A model generated the notes under the pieces. It searched no databases. It saw only the letters and a program-made list of their open reading frames with translations, and was not told the origin of the DNA. DNA of 64,000 nucleotides from an uncultured Poribacteria bacterium (GTDB lineage Bacteria > Poribacteria > WGA-4E > WGA-3G): assembly GCA_951813565.1 (NCBI GenBank), contig OX638351.1:2240001-2304000 (forward strand), given 5' to 3'. Of this stretch, positions 1-9,896 are shown one piece after another. How positions within the stretch are numbered: the first letter of the stretch is position 1; each line of letters begins with the position of its first letter. The translations under genes and the position numbers were made by a program.

Positions 1-227
1 ATCAAACACCGCACCCCCGCTCCGTGAATCAACGCCAAATGCGCGCAAGGCATTTAGCGGGTGCGGTATGTGATAAATCCCTCATAGCACTCCGCTGGAG
101 TGCGAGAACTTCGGGACATGTTTCTATAAACATAGCACTCCGCTGGAGTGCAAGAACACATTTGTTATTGAATGTAATAGACGTGAAATATCGTTCCGTT
201 TCCTTTATAGCGGAGTCTACAATTAAC

Positions 228-1364
228 TGAGGGGTGTGCATAAATACTTTTAACAAAATAGTAATTTTTATCCTGTTTTTTTATTGAAATAAAGTTTTCA
301 TCCTTGACACCTCTCTGCCCGGTCTGTTCCATATTGAGTTGATCAACATTGCTATTTGTAGCAAGACGGCTGACAACATCAAAAAGGTTCTCACATTTTC
401 AAGACCACACATCGGCAGTTGTTTCTGATTATTATCCGTTGCTGTCAGTTCGCTCAACAGACTAAAAACCGGTTCAATCGCTGTTTTGCGTTGTTCTTGA
501 TAGGATTGTAGGTGTGGTGATGTTTCAATCGCTTGTAGATAGGCTAACTTCTTAGCATCTTTAGCACCCGTAATCGGTGTCAAAAGGAAGAGCCCATTTT
601 TTGCCAGTGTCTGGATACGCCCAAAGTCGGTATAGCCAGCATCTGCTACGATATACCTAATATTCCGATCAAGCAGCGCATCAATCTTTTGGTCCAGTCC
701 CGTTTTTTCACTCACAGAAGCAGTATAAACATCGGCGAGCCGTGGAAATCCGTTGGCAGTGGTTGTGAGATGAAGTCCATACCCATAAACCCATCCGCGA
801 TACTTGCTTGTTGACCAACTCGCATCTGTATCCAGGTTGCGCAATCCTTCGGGGATGGGTTTGCCTTTCGGTCTTTTTGATGCCAAACGCTGCCTTGTGC
901 TTTATAGAGACTTTTGTCTTCAAACACAACTTCTCGGGGGGTCTGAGTGTCCAAAGATACACCCAAATCACCGAGATACTCAACAAACTGCTCAATACGC
1001 AGTGTTAGTTGTTTATAGCGACGGGATAAGGTCGTTCGATCAGGGACACTTTTGAACTTGAACCGCTTCAACCAGTCTGCATGTGTGAGAAGAAATAGAT
1101 GCTGTGCTTTGAACCGATTTATACCTCTAAGTTCCATAAAGGCGAAGAAGACAACAAGTGAACTATCAGAATGTATTTTAGGTCTCCCTTTACCTTTAGT
1201 TTGATTGTATTTGATAGACACCTCAAAATCTTTGTAGCGTTGAAAGAAAAACATGATATAATACTTTTGGTCAGGATAACACATGGTTAATACCCCTTTC
1301 TTTTATACTTTAAGATAAGAGTATAACCTATATCCTGACTAAATTCAATTATGCACACCCCTCA
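228..1364 (-). mobile_element. IS element (DDE_Tnp_1, IS4/IS5/IS982-like superfamily) with 16-bp terminal inverted repeats
   Basis: TGAGGGGTGTGCATAA at 228-243 and its perfect reverse complement at 1349-1364 flank a transposase. No matching target duplication is visible. Confidence 0.85.
281..1284 (-). pseudogene. DDE transposase split by a frameshift near 860-870
   Basis: ORF 712..1284 (GRPK, VPDRTTLSRR) continues in ORF 281..886 (DASW, GWVYGYGLH, VADAGY, RKTAIEPVF). Confidence 0.85.
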
Positions 1365-1525
1365 ATAATAAGTGGGATCAGATCTCTTCAAGTATCCCTG
1401 ATAAAGTGCTATCTGTAGCGGTGAGTAGTGGCAAACTTTATATTGCTACAAAACAGCGTGGGATTTTCCATATTTTGCTTGAGGAAAAACCTCTAAAAAT
1501 TGATGAATTCATTAGCTTCCGTTAA
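1364..1525 (+). pseudogene. 3' remnant of a beta-propeller protein, paralogous to the C-terminus of the ECF-propeller at 14277..17507
   Basis: Manual translation NNKWDQISSSIPDKVLSVAVSSGKLYIATKQRGIFHILL resembles TNTWKQIIPEVPHMATSLAIDSNTFYIGTRQNGVYRF. It starts at the IS end. Confidence 0.7.
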
Positions 1526-1617
1526 AACTGTAAATGTTGGGTTTCACCTGCAGTTCAACCCAACCTACAATATAAACTTTCAGTAACACTCATCAACTAA
1601 GAATTCTTAAAACTAAT

Positions 1618-1807
1618 AGGACTTACGCAATTTTCACAGTTTTTCCAATAATTATGACTCAAATGATGTAATTTTCAGCAGAATTCAGTGTTCTCAGCGC
1701 GTTTACAAAACGCCAAATCAAGAAATCAACGGTATGAACGCCTATAGGCGTTCCCCGGGTATGAATGCCTTTTGGCATTCCCCGCCTACCGTTTGTGCGT
1801 AAGTCCT
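1618..1807. mobile_element. MITE-like element with AGGACTTACGCA terminal inverted repeats
   Basis: 12-bp perfect inverted repeat at 1618-1629 and 1796-1807, enclosing small hairpins and no ORF. Confidence 0.6.
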
Positions 1808-1854
1808 GCAAAAAATGGATCCTTGTGTTAGTCTAATCGGTAATCTGCTCGTTT

Positions 1855-2556
1855 TCACTCATTTTTTATTCTTTCACGCGCGATTTGGACATAGTTAACG
1901 TCAAGATCACAACCAGCAAATTTTCGGGAGTTTCTAACAGCGGCAACGCCTGTAGTGCCTGAACCTAGAAACGGGTCTACCACCAGATCTCCTGTGTTAC
2001 TATGTTTTCGTACCAAATCTTCAAACAGTGATAAAGGTTTTTGTGTTGGGTGCACCCTGTTTCCGTTATGCCGCGGGATTGGATATTCATAAACACCAGA
2101 ATCATATTCGCTATTGAAGGTCGGTTTGCCGACTTTCACTCCTGTAACTGCTACTTCTCTACTATTGGACAGATAGGTTGCCCTCATATTAAGCGGTACA
2201 GGGTTTGTTTTTTGCCAGATAATCAGCCGGATCATCTTAAAGCCAGCAAATTCCATCGCTTCTTTTAACTTATCTATTTTCCAAATATCATACCAAACAA
2301 TAGCAGTTCCCCCACGTCGTAACGCTTCATAAAATGTTTGTGCCATTTTTTCAAGGTTCACTTCTGTTTGATCCCATTGTCCAAAGTCCATACTCACAGC
2401 AAACCTTTTTTCTCCTTTTACCACCGACTTAAACCCTGTCTTTTTACTTATACAATATGGGGGATCGGTTAAGATAAGGTCAACTGATTTCGTTGGTAAA
2501 GAGGTCATAAAATCTTGATAATCAGCAGTTTCAACCCGATAATCGTGAGGCATCAT
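1855..2556 (-). CDS. Orphan N4/N6 DNA methyltransferase (beta-class motif order)
   Basis: DLILTDPPY precedes HPTQKP and VVDPFLGSGTT. Confidence 0.9.
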   Translation of the reverse strand: MMPHDYRVETADYQDFMTSLPTKSVDLILTDPPYCISKKTGFKSVVKGEKRFAVSMDFGQWDQTEVNLEKMAQTFYEALRRGGTAIVWYDIWKIDKLKEAMEFAGFKMIRLIIWQKTNPVPLNMRATYLSNSREVAVTGVKVGKPTFNSEYDSGVYEYPIPRHNGNRVHPTQKPLSLFEDLVRKHSNTGDLVVDPFLGSGTTGVAAVRNSRKFAGCDLDVNYVQIARERIKNE

Positions 2557-2871
2557 GGAATATTCCCTTAAGAAGATTATAACAGCGTTAATTCTCTTAG
2601 TACTTATATTTTAGTATAATCAGACACATTGAGTCCAGTATATTCTCATAATCCTAATAAACACAGAGCAGTTCAGTTTTGAAATTTCTCATCATTTAGA
2701 AATGGTCGCGAGCTGGAGCTCGCTCCTACAGAAAGAGGCTTTAAGGAGAAGGAAGAAATTACTGGAGAATTGAATGGCTCTGTAATTAGCAAAGTTTTGG
2801 TTGAAAACTGCATATTAATCTGATAAACTGTATATACTATAGTCAAATTCCACAATTGCTAAAGGGGCGAT

Positions 2872-4170
2872 ATGCAAGAACTTTATGATACACAAGCACC
2901 AAATCCACCTTCTCGTGCAATTCTTGTCGGTGTAAAACTGCGAGATAGTTCGATGCACGAAACGGAAGAATCGCTGCAAGAACTCCGACAATTGACTGAA
3001 ACTGCAGGAATTGAAGTCGTATGTGAAACAGTTCAGCAGCGCAATGTGCCAAATCCGACCTATTTTATTGGAGAAGGTAAGGTTGAAGAACTTAAGGATG
3101 TCGTTGCGGAACTCGAAGCGGATGCACTTATCTTTGACGAGGAGTTATCACCTGCGCAAACGCGAAATATTGAAAACGTGCTTGACATTGCAACTGTTGA
3201 TAGAACAGGGCTTATCCTGCAGGTGTTTGCGCAACGCGCATTAACCAGTGAAGCGCGTTTACAAGTTGCCTTAGCACAATTGGAATATGCGCTCCCGCGA
3301 CTCACACGGATGTGGACACACCTTTCACGGATTGCAACCAGTGGAGGTAGCGGTAGTGGAGCGCTACGGGGCCCCGGTGAAACGCAGCTTGAAATGGACC
3401 GTCGGTGGGTTCGCAGGCAAATTTCTCAAGTCAAAAAAGCATTAGAAACGGTTGAAAAGCGTCGACAGGTACAACGACAAAACCGTTCAGAAAAAATCAA
3501 AGTATCCCTCGTAGGATATACCAACGCAGGGAAATCAACACTTTTCAATACATTAACAGGCGAAAACGTTTTAGCTGAAGACAAACTTTTTGCTACCTTA
3601 GATTCAACCACGCGGCGGGTGAGTTTGCCAGAAAATCAGAACATTCTATTGAGCGATACCGTCGGTTTTATCAAGAAACTACCGCATCAACTTGTTGCTG
3701 CATTTAAAGCAACGTTGGAAGAGGTTGCAGAGGCTGATCTGTTGCTGCATGTCGTTGATATTAGCCATCCAGAAGCAGAAGCACAAATTGCTGCGGTAGA
3801 TACGGTGCTTCAGGAATTGGATGCATCTGATATTCCGATGGTCATGGCGTTTAATAAAATAGACCAACTTGAAAAAGAAGACCAGATGCCTATTCTTAAG
3901 GCCCGTTATCCAGAGGCAATACCTATCTCGGCACAACGTGGCGATGGTATTGAAGTGTTGATGGAGACGTTAGCACAACGTTTTGCTTCACACGGTGTCA
4001 CGCTCAATCTGAGTATTCCTTATACGGAAGGAAAAGCATTGGATATGCTATATAAGCACGGTACGGTGTTAGGCACAGAATATGCTGAAGATGCTGTTCA
4101 TGTCAAGGCACGGCTACCAAGTCGCTATCTCAAATCAGTATTACAATTTTCGGTTAAGGATACCTTATAG
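2872..4170 (+). CDS. hflX: GTPase HflX
   Basis: LRGPGETQLE, GYTNAGKS, DKLFATLD, DTVGFI and NKID motifs. Confidence 0.97.
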   Translation: MQELYDTQAPNPPSRAILVGVKLRDSSMHETEESLQELRQLTETAGIEVVCETVQQRNVPNPTYFIGEGKVEELKDVVAELEADALIFDEELSPAQTRNIENVLDIATVDRTGLILQVFAQRALTSEARLQVALAQLEYALPRLTRMWTHLSRIATSGGSGSGALRGPGETQLEMDRRWVRRQISQVKKALETVEKRRQVQRQNRSEKIKVSLVGYTNAGKSTLFNTLTGENVLAEDKLFATLDSTTRRVSLPENQNILLSDTVGFIKKLPHQLVAAFKATLEEVAEADLLLHVVDISHPEAEAQIAAVDTVLQELDASDIPMVMAFNKIDQLEKEDQMPILKARYPEAIPISAQRGDGIEVLMETLAQRFASHGVTLNLSIPYTEGKALDMLYKHGTVLGTEYAEDAVHVKARLPSRYLKSVLQFSVKDTL

Positions 4171-4302
4171 GTAGGATAGTAACATGTCGGGGCACAGAGA
4201 CCCCGACCTACAATGGTTGTGGTATTGTAGGGTACGGAAACCCGCCAAATGCCATACGCGCATAAGGCGTTGATTCCAACCTAAAATGGATACGGGTTTT
4301 GC

Positions 4303-4566
4303 GTGGTAATCATGGGATGGTTAGACAGTATTGAGATTGGACGCGACTTGCAAATCTGTCCAGATTGTAATCGTGAATATGAAGTACTTGAACAGTTTTT
4401 AGGAGAAACCCAAGATAGACTTACAGACTGGATTGATGCTGTTTTTAATGATGTATATTATATTGAACTTCGGTGTCCACAATGTCTTGAAACGCGTTAC
4501 CTGTGCATACAGGCGTTGACATCTACACAGTTCTATACCGAAAAGGAGAAAGAAAATAAAAAATGA
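4303..4566 (+). CDS. Small hypothetical zinc-ribbon protein
   Basis: Two CxxC pairs (CPDC, CPQC). Stop overlaps the next start (ATGA). Confidence 0.5.
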   Translation: MVIMGWLDSIEIGRDLQICPDCNREYEVLEQFLGETQDRLTDWIDAVFNDVYYIELRCPQCLETRYLCIQALTSTQFYTEKEKENKK

Positions 4567-5354
4567 AGATAGGCGTTACCCAAATAATTCTCGGTAATAT
4601 GTCACTTGATGATACACTCTCGCTCTGCCAAGATGCTGGCTACGATGCGGTTGAACTGACCTTTGGTGAAGGCAAGGACACAGACATTAATATGAGTGAC
4701 ACTGAACTCAAAGGGATTGCTGCAAAGTGTGAAGCCGCTGGTATTGAGATCGCCAGTATAACCGCAGGATACGCGAATCGTGGTAACCTGCTCAGCCCTA
4801 ATGCAGAACAACGTAAGAACGGTGCGAAATCGCTGGCACGTGGTTTAGAAGTTGCAGGAGCGCTTGGGGTTGGTGGAATTTTATTACATCCCGGTCAACT
4901 CTCTGTTGAAGGCACTTACCAACAGGTATGGGATAACCTCGTCGGAATTCTAAAGGACCTATCGCCTTCAGCGGAAGCGCACAACGTAGCCATCGGTTTG
5001 GAAAACGTGTGGAATAAATTCCTGCTCAGTCCGAAGGAGATGCGCGAGATTGTGGACGAAGTTGGCAGTGATTGGGTCGGAACTTATCTTGATACAGCAA
5101 ACATGATGGCGTATGGTTACCCTGAACATTGGATCCGTGAACTTGGGCATCGGATCAAGCGCGTACACTTCAAAGATTTCTCACGTGGTCAACATCGTTT
5201 TACGAACCTGTTAGATGGCGATACAGATTGGGCAGCGGTTATGGAAGCGTTCCGCGCTGTCGGTTATGATGGTTACGTAGTTCATGAAGTCGGTGGAGAT
5301 AGGGAAGCACAAATTGATCTTGCACAACGGATGCGTAAAATTGTTGCGATGTAG
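4563..5354 (+). CDS. Sugar phosphate isomerase/epimerase (xylose isomerase-like TIM barrel)
   Basis: GLENVWN, YLDTAN, VHFKD and VVHE metal-binding motifs. Confidence 0.9.
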   Translation: MKIGVTQIILGNMSLDDTLSLCQDAGYDAVELTFGEGKDTDINMSDTELKGIAAKCEAAGIEIASITAGYANRGNLLSPNAEQRKNGAKSLARGLEVAGALGVGGILLHPGQLSVEGTYQQVWDNLVGILKDLSPSAEAHNVAIGLENVWNKFLLSPKEMREIVDEVGSDWVGTYLDTANMMAYGYPEHWIRELGHRIKRVHFKDFSRGQHRFTNLLDGDTDWAAVMEAFRAVGYDGYVVHEVGGDREAQIDLAQRMRKIVAM

Positions 5355-5358
5355 ATGT

Positions 5359-5501
5359 TATAGTGAAACCCATTATTATTTCACGTTTTGTTCTTATGTG
5401 GATTTCAAACACACCAAAAATGTCCGAGGCGCAGTGAATTGCGCGACTACAAACGCCGCTAACCTTAAGAAAATGTCCAGGTATTTTTAGATTTTACTAT
5501 A
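5359..5501. mobile_element. MITE, TATAGT-end family
   Basis: Ends TATAGTGAAACCC and GATTTTACTATA, with an internal REP. Similar ends at 21209-21435, 24944-25057 and 25571-25847. Confidence 0.6.
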
Positions 5502-5701
5502 AAAACCCAAGTTGCTACCTACAAGATAATTGACATAAAAAACACCTTTTTAATCGGGATAGTTCACTATTAGCATAGATTTTGTAGCACGGGGAATGCC
5601 ATTAAGGCATTCATACCGTTGATAGCACTTTCAGTTTGCGGAACTAATTGCACAAACTAAAAGTTTGTGCTACTATGTGGCAACTAAGGTTATAAAAACA
5701 G

Positions 5702-5728
5702 AGGCGATGGCTTGTTCAACCATCGCCT
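5702..5728 (-). terminator. Probable intrinsic terminator of tRNA-Leu
   Basis: AGGCGATGG/CCATCGCCT stem followed by a T-run on the minus strand. Confidence 0.6.
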
Positions 5729-5730
5729 TA

Positions 5731-5815
5731 TGCCGGAGGTCGGACTCGAACCGACATGGACCTAGGGCCCGCTGGATTTTGAGTCCAGTGCGTCTACCAA
5801 TTTCACCACTCCGGC
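5731..5815 (-). tRNA. tRNA-Leu(CAA), CCA not encoded
   Basis: GCCGGAG/CTCCGGC acceptor stem, CTGGA-CTCAAAA-TCCAG anticodon arm, long variable arm, GGTTCGAGTCC T-loop. Confidence 0.95.
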
Positions 5816-6000
5816 AAAAGAAAAAACAACCGGGGTTAGGAACCCCTCCTACAAAAGAAAAACAATCGGGGTTGAAAACCCCTCCTACAAAAGAAAAAAC
5901 AATCGGGGTTAGAAACCCCTCCTACAAAAGAAAAACAATCGGGGTTGAAAACCCCTCCTACAAAAGAAAAAACAATCGGGGTTAGGAACCCCTCCTACAA
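5816..6000. repeat. Five tandem 36-37 bp REP-like units
   Basis: AAAAGAAAAA(A)CAA(T/C)CGGGGTT-N3-AACCCCTCCTAC x5. Each reads GTAGG plus a hairpin on the minus strand. Confidence 0.95.
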
Positions 6001-6027
6001 GAGTTTATTAAAATACATTCTTTTCTT

Positions 6028-6056
6028 AATATAACACATTTTGGGAGAAAAGTCAA
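6028..6056 (-). promoter_or_regulatory. sigma70-type promoter for tRNA-Leu(CAA)
   Basis: Minus strand TTGACT-N17-TATATT with an extended TG. Confidence 0.65.
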
Positions 6057-6062
6057 AAAATT

Positions 6063-6914
6063 ATGGCGAACCAACGAAGAGGTCTTGCATCTGAAAGTAT
6101 CTTACAACGGGTTTTTACTGCCGTGAAAGCGTTTTTGTCACTATTGATTGAAAAGGAGACATGGCAAGCTTTGACGCGTTGGATATTGTGGCGCGTTTTG
6201 CCGAAACGTCGTCGTATTCTTAAATTAGTGCAAGAGCTGAAACCGTTAGCTGAAAGTGCTGCCCCCGAGATGCATGCCTTGCGTGATGAAGTGTTTTCAA
6301 AAAGTTGTCTTGAACTGCGCCAACCACAAGACGAACAAATTCTATTGGAAATCCTCAACCATGTAGAACAACCGCTCGGATTAGAGCAAATATTTTTCGC
6401 TGCGCTGTACCCAGTTTTAGTCAAGCGGGATTTGGAGGCGATCCCGATTCCAACTGAGACACCTCATCGACTTGAGGTAGAGATCGGTTATCTTGCACAC
6501 AACGAGGATTACTTTTTCTGGGTATTCGAAATTGACAGTAACAGGCGCATGTCCCTTAAAACGGGGCTTGATGTTCGGGAAGCACGACGTGATGACAAAC
6601 GTTATGTAATCTATACACTCGGTTGTACGGGCCTCGTTGAAACAGACTTCGCGGCGTATGCGGAACAGTGGCTTCTTAATACCCAGCGTTTAACAATTGC
6701 GCTGCCACTTTTGGCTACAGCGTATGCGGAACAGTGGATCCTTAACACACGGATATACTTTGCGCACATTTTAAGAGATTTGAAAAAACGGAATTATAAA
6801 GTTACAGCAGAGGCAATACCTGATTTTGAACGGGCGCGGTTGTCAATACTACGCCATCTCTCCCTTCTCCGGCTAAGTAGACGTCAATTTCAGTCCGAAC
6901 GCCGAAATCGGTGA
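6063..6914 (+). CDS. Hypothetical protein
   Basis: 283-aa ORF with an internal AYAEQWxLNT duplication. Its 3' end overlaps the convergent peptidase by 113 bp. Confidence 0.6.
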   Translation: MANQRRGLASESILQRVFTAVKAFLSLLIEKETWQALTRWILWRVLPKRRRILKLVQELKPLAESAAPEMHALRDEVFSKSCLELRQPQDEQILLEILNHVEQPLGLEQIFFAALYPVLVKRDLEAIPIPTETPHRLEVEIGYLAHNEDYFFWVFEIDSNRRMSLKTGLDVREARRDDKRYVIYTLGCTGLVETDFAAYAEQWLLNTQRLTIALPLLATAYAEQWILNTRIYFAHILRDLKKRNYKVTAEAIPDFERARLSILRHLSLLRLSRRQFQSERRNR

Positions 6915-7983
6915 GATATATACCGGGTTCTATTGAGAAACAGATACCGGGAATAAGTAATCGCGCATCTTGTGTTTCCAGATTATCTAAATTCACACCG
7001 TTTCCATGAATAACTGTGCCGATGTTGTGTCCGGTACGGTGGATAAAGTATTCTCCATACCCTTTTTCAGTAATATACCCACGGACGCAATCATCAACTG
7101 CGTATCCCGGAATCGGTTCGTTTGATACCCATTTTTCACGGATGAACGCCACTGCCCTATCCCGCGCTTCCTTCACGATTTCAAATATTTCAACATACTT
7201 GTCAGGGACGGTTGTTCCTGCATAAGCAACCCACGTTGTATCAGCAAAGACAGCATCAGGGTCTTTCTGCTTTGCCCATAAATCAATCAAGATAAAGTCT
7301 CCGGCTTTAATTTGTTCCGTGTGGGTCTCAGTAGGAGCATAATGTGGATCGCCACTGTTAGCGTTAACAGCAACAATAGGTGGATGATCCGTTACCAACT
7401 CCATTTCATCAAACTGGTTGAGAATCTGTTGCTGAACATCATATTCGGTGATCGTATTGCCTGCCTTAAGTTGGGCGCCAATCCAAGCGAAGGCGTAGTC
7501 TTTTGCTTGGAGGACTAAATTGGCAGATTTTTGATGCCCTTCGTACTGTGCTTCGCTCAGACGTGCTTCAATATGTTGCGCGAGTTCCGCTGAAGAATGC
7601 ACCTCAATTCCAAAAGAGTGAATCCACTCTAACGTGCCAGCGTCTACACGGGAAATGTAGGGAATTGATGCGTTGGGTGAATACTCCATTGCAACCAATT
7701 TGACATCATTGAGAAAAGATTTCATCTCTTCATTGAGTTCTTGCCATCCTGCGTAAAGCGATACGGTTCCCGGAACTTCGGTAAAGTTTGATGTTTCAAT
7801 TCGATGAATTAGCCATTTTGGTTCACCCTGTACTGGAATAAGGCAGAACCAACGCCGGGTAATGTTTACTCCGGCCAAACCTGCTACGTTTTGTGAAATT
7901 GGATTGATACCGCGAAAATCGTATAGCAACCAAGCATCAAGGTTTAATGTAGATAAGGCAGTTTGAATTTCAGATATTTTCAT
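6802..7983 (-). CDS. Xaa-Pro aminopeptidase (M24 family)
   Basis: DPHY, LIDLW, ADTTW, HRTGH, SIEPGIY and GVRTE motifs. Confidence 0.93.
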   Translation of the reverse strand: MKISEIQTALSTLNLDAWLLYDFRGINPISQNVAGLAGVNITRRWFCLIPVQGEPKWLIHRIETSNFTEVPGTVSLYAGWQELNEEMKSFLNDVKLVAMEYSPNASIPYISRVDAGTLEWIHSFGIEVHSSAELAQHIEARLSEAQYEGHQKSANLVLQAKDYAFAWIGAQLKAGNTITEYDVQQQILNQFDEMELVTDHPPIVAVNANSGDPHYAPTETHTEQIKAGDFILIDLWAKQKDPDAVFADTTWVAYAGTTVPDKYVEIFEIVKEARDRAVAFIREKWVSNEPIPGYAVDDCVRGYITEKGYGEYFIHRTGHNIGTVIHGNGVNLDNLETQDARLLIPGICFSIEPGIYLTDFGVRTEIDVYLAGEGRDGVVLTTAPVQNQVLPLL

Positions 7984-7998
7984 ATTTTTTGTGAGATA

Positions 7999-8240
7999 AC
8001 GTGAGTTTGATAAATCCCGTAGGGAATCAACACCGAATGCGCCTACGGCATTCGGTGGGGTAGAACGAAAATGGGCAATAAAAAACAGCCTCTAAAGAGA
8101 GGTTGTTGACCCATTTGAGGTCTACATTTCTGAAAAAATAAGTGAAACCCAACTCTTTAGGACTGTCAAGATGGTTGAATTGTTGGGTTTCGCTCTACCC
8201 AACGGACATCTACATTTGGGTCTAATTATCAAACTCACGT
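7999..8240. mobile_element. MITE carrying the ends of the IS982 element at 12870..13880
   Basis: ACGTGAGTTTGATAA...TTATCAAACTCACGT, with flanks TGAGATA/TAAGATA (near-perfect 7-bp duplication). Confidence 0.85.
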
Positions 8241-8584
8241 TAAGATATACGAATAAGTATACGTCCACCTGTAGACGTGCTTTGTAAGCGCGCAGGACAA
8301 AGGTGTATCGTTGATTTGAATTTATCGGGCGGACAAAGCCCTCCTACAAGAAAAGTGACATCGTTAATGCCAAAATATTTACACACTCGGTCTATCTCAT
8401 TAATTCTTAAACATGGTCACCTTCACAAAGTCTAATCTTAATCGTAGGGTGGGGCTCTGGACCCATCCATTGTTCCGTTCTCAGACAAGGCACGGACCTT
8501 ACATACATGTGATTTATGAGATACACTCTACTAATGGAGTTAAATCGGGATTAAAAGTATTCCCTCAAGAATACTTTAGCACAG

Positions 8585-9862
8585 TTACCAATGCGCATGC
8601 ACAGGAGTTTCCCGTGCCTTTTCATACAATTCTGTCCATTCTTTTGTGCCATCGTCAAAAGTCAACTCAAGACGCGCGCCTTCAACGTAAGCATCTCCGT
8701 TTCCAGCGTTGAAATAACTCAAGCCATCGCCTACCATGTGGATACAACTTCCATCCGGATAGACTGCTGTTTTGATTATCCGTGGATGTGGGTGAATGGT
8801 ATAACCGTCAGCATCTAATTTTTCAGCAGGGACATGGAATTTCTCAATCGCAGCTTCGTCAACCTCAACGCCTAATCCGGGTGCATCGGGAACGGTATGG
8901 CAGCCCTCTGAAACTTCTATCGATTTCGTAAGCAGATGTTCACTATAGAGATTGAGACATGTGATCGCGGGCCAGGTTGCATGCGTAAGCACACTTCCAA
9001 GATGTGCAGCCCATGTCGTTGTTAATCCATTGCCGACGATTTGTAGCCAGAACGGCATATCAGCAGCTGCACTAAGATATCCGTCGTACATCGTCCGAGA
9101 TTTACCGCCACCGATGACAAAACCGTTGCATACATCCTCACGAATGCATGTGGTATAGGGTGGAGACCCGAAGTGCATCGCAATCGGACAATCAATTGCC
9201 TGCCGAATCTGTTTGTTGCCCTCTACATCCCCTTGCGGAATGGGCGATTCAAAAATTGCTACGTTCGGATGGGCCGCAAGTTTCCGCAATATCGGAATAG
9301 CAGTATCAGCATCGCGCAAGGAACCGTTCGGATCTAAATCAAGTTTGAAGTCAGCAGGCACAACTTCTGCAACAGCCTCTACCTGCTTGACGATATCCCA
9401 CCATGGACGTGGTTTGTTTTTGAAACTGGTATAGCCTTTTTCAACAGCATCTGCTGCTTCTGCCGCCCAATTTTCAGGTGATGAATCAATGCTCCACCAT
9501 GAAATAGGCACAGCCTCACGACACTGTGTGCCGAGGAGTTGATAAACGGGTACCTCCAAGATTTTGCCGACAACATCAAAGAGTGCCATCTGCAGCCCTG
9601 CACCGAGTGAGTCGTCGTTCATGTGCTCAGCGGGACTTTGCCCAAGCACACGTTCGACACTGGAGTCGCTGACACGCGAATAGGTGTAGTGAATGACCGT
9701 CTCACCCCACCCGACATGTCCGGTATCAGTCGTTACTTTGCATAGTTCAAGAAGTGACCAGTTGTAAACAGTTGAAACGCTTTGTGTGGTAATTTCTTGT
9801 TGGCGTGGTGTAAAGGGGACATCAACAAGGACACGTTCTATATTTGTGACTTTCATAAGCAA
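8585..9862 (-). CDS. Mandelate racemase/muconate lactonizing enzyme (enolase superfamily)
   Basis: GWGE, ALFDVVGK, FKNK, LDPNG, FESP and PGLGVEVD motifs. Start may be the ATG at 9856. Confidence 0.9.
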   Translation of the reverse strand: MLMKVTNIERVLVDVPFTPRQQEITTQSVSTVYNWSLLELCKVTTDTGHVGWGETVIHYTYSRVSDSSVERVLGQSPAEHMNDDSLGAGLQMALFDVVGKILEVPVYQLLGTQCREAVPISWWSIDSSPENWAAEAADAVEKGYTSFKNKPRPWWDIVKQVEAVAEVVPADFKLDLDPNGSLRDADTAIPILRKLAAHPNVAIFESPIPQGDVEGNKQIRQAIDCPIAMHFGSPPYTTCIREDVCNGFVIGGGKSRTMYDGYLSAAADMPFWLQIVGNGLTTTWAAHLGSVLTHATWPAITCLNLYSEHLLTKSIEVSEGCHTVPDAPGLGVEVDEAAIEKFHVPAEKLDADGYTIHPHPRIIKTAVYPDGSCIHMVGDGLSYFNAGNGDAYVEGARLELTFDDGTKEWTELYEKARETPVHAHW

Positions 9863-9896
9863 ATTCCTTTTACGGTAGGGAAGATAGGTTCTATCT

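Noticed and set aside
84..153. Two CATAGCACTCCGCTGGAGTGC direct repeats as a mini-CRISPR
   Set aside because: Only two palindromic REP-like units and no cas context.
5665..5985. 106-aa ORF with repeated peptide
   Set aside because: It is the translation of the tRNA antisense strand and the tandem repeat.
5816..6000. Possible CRISPR array
   Set aside because: Units are contiguous with no unique spacers, and there are no cas genes. It is a REP tandem repeat.
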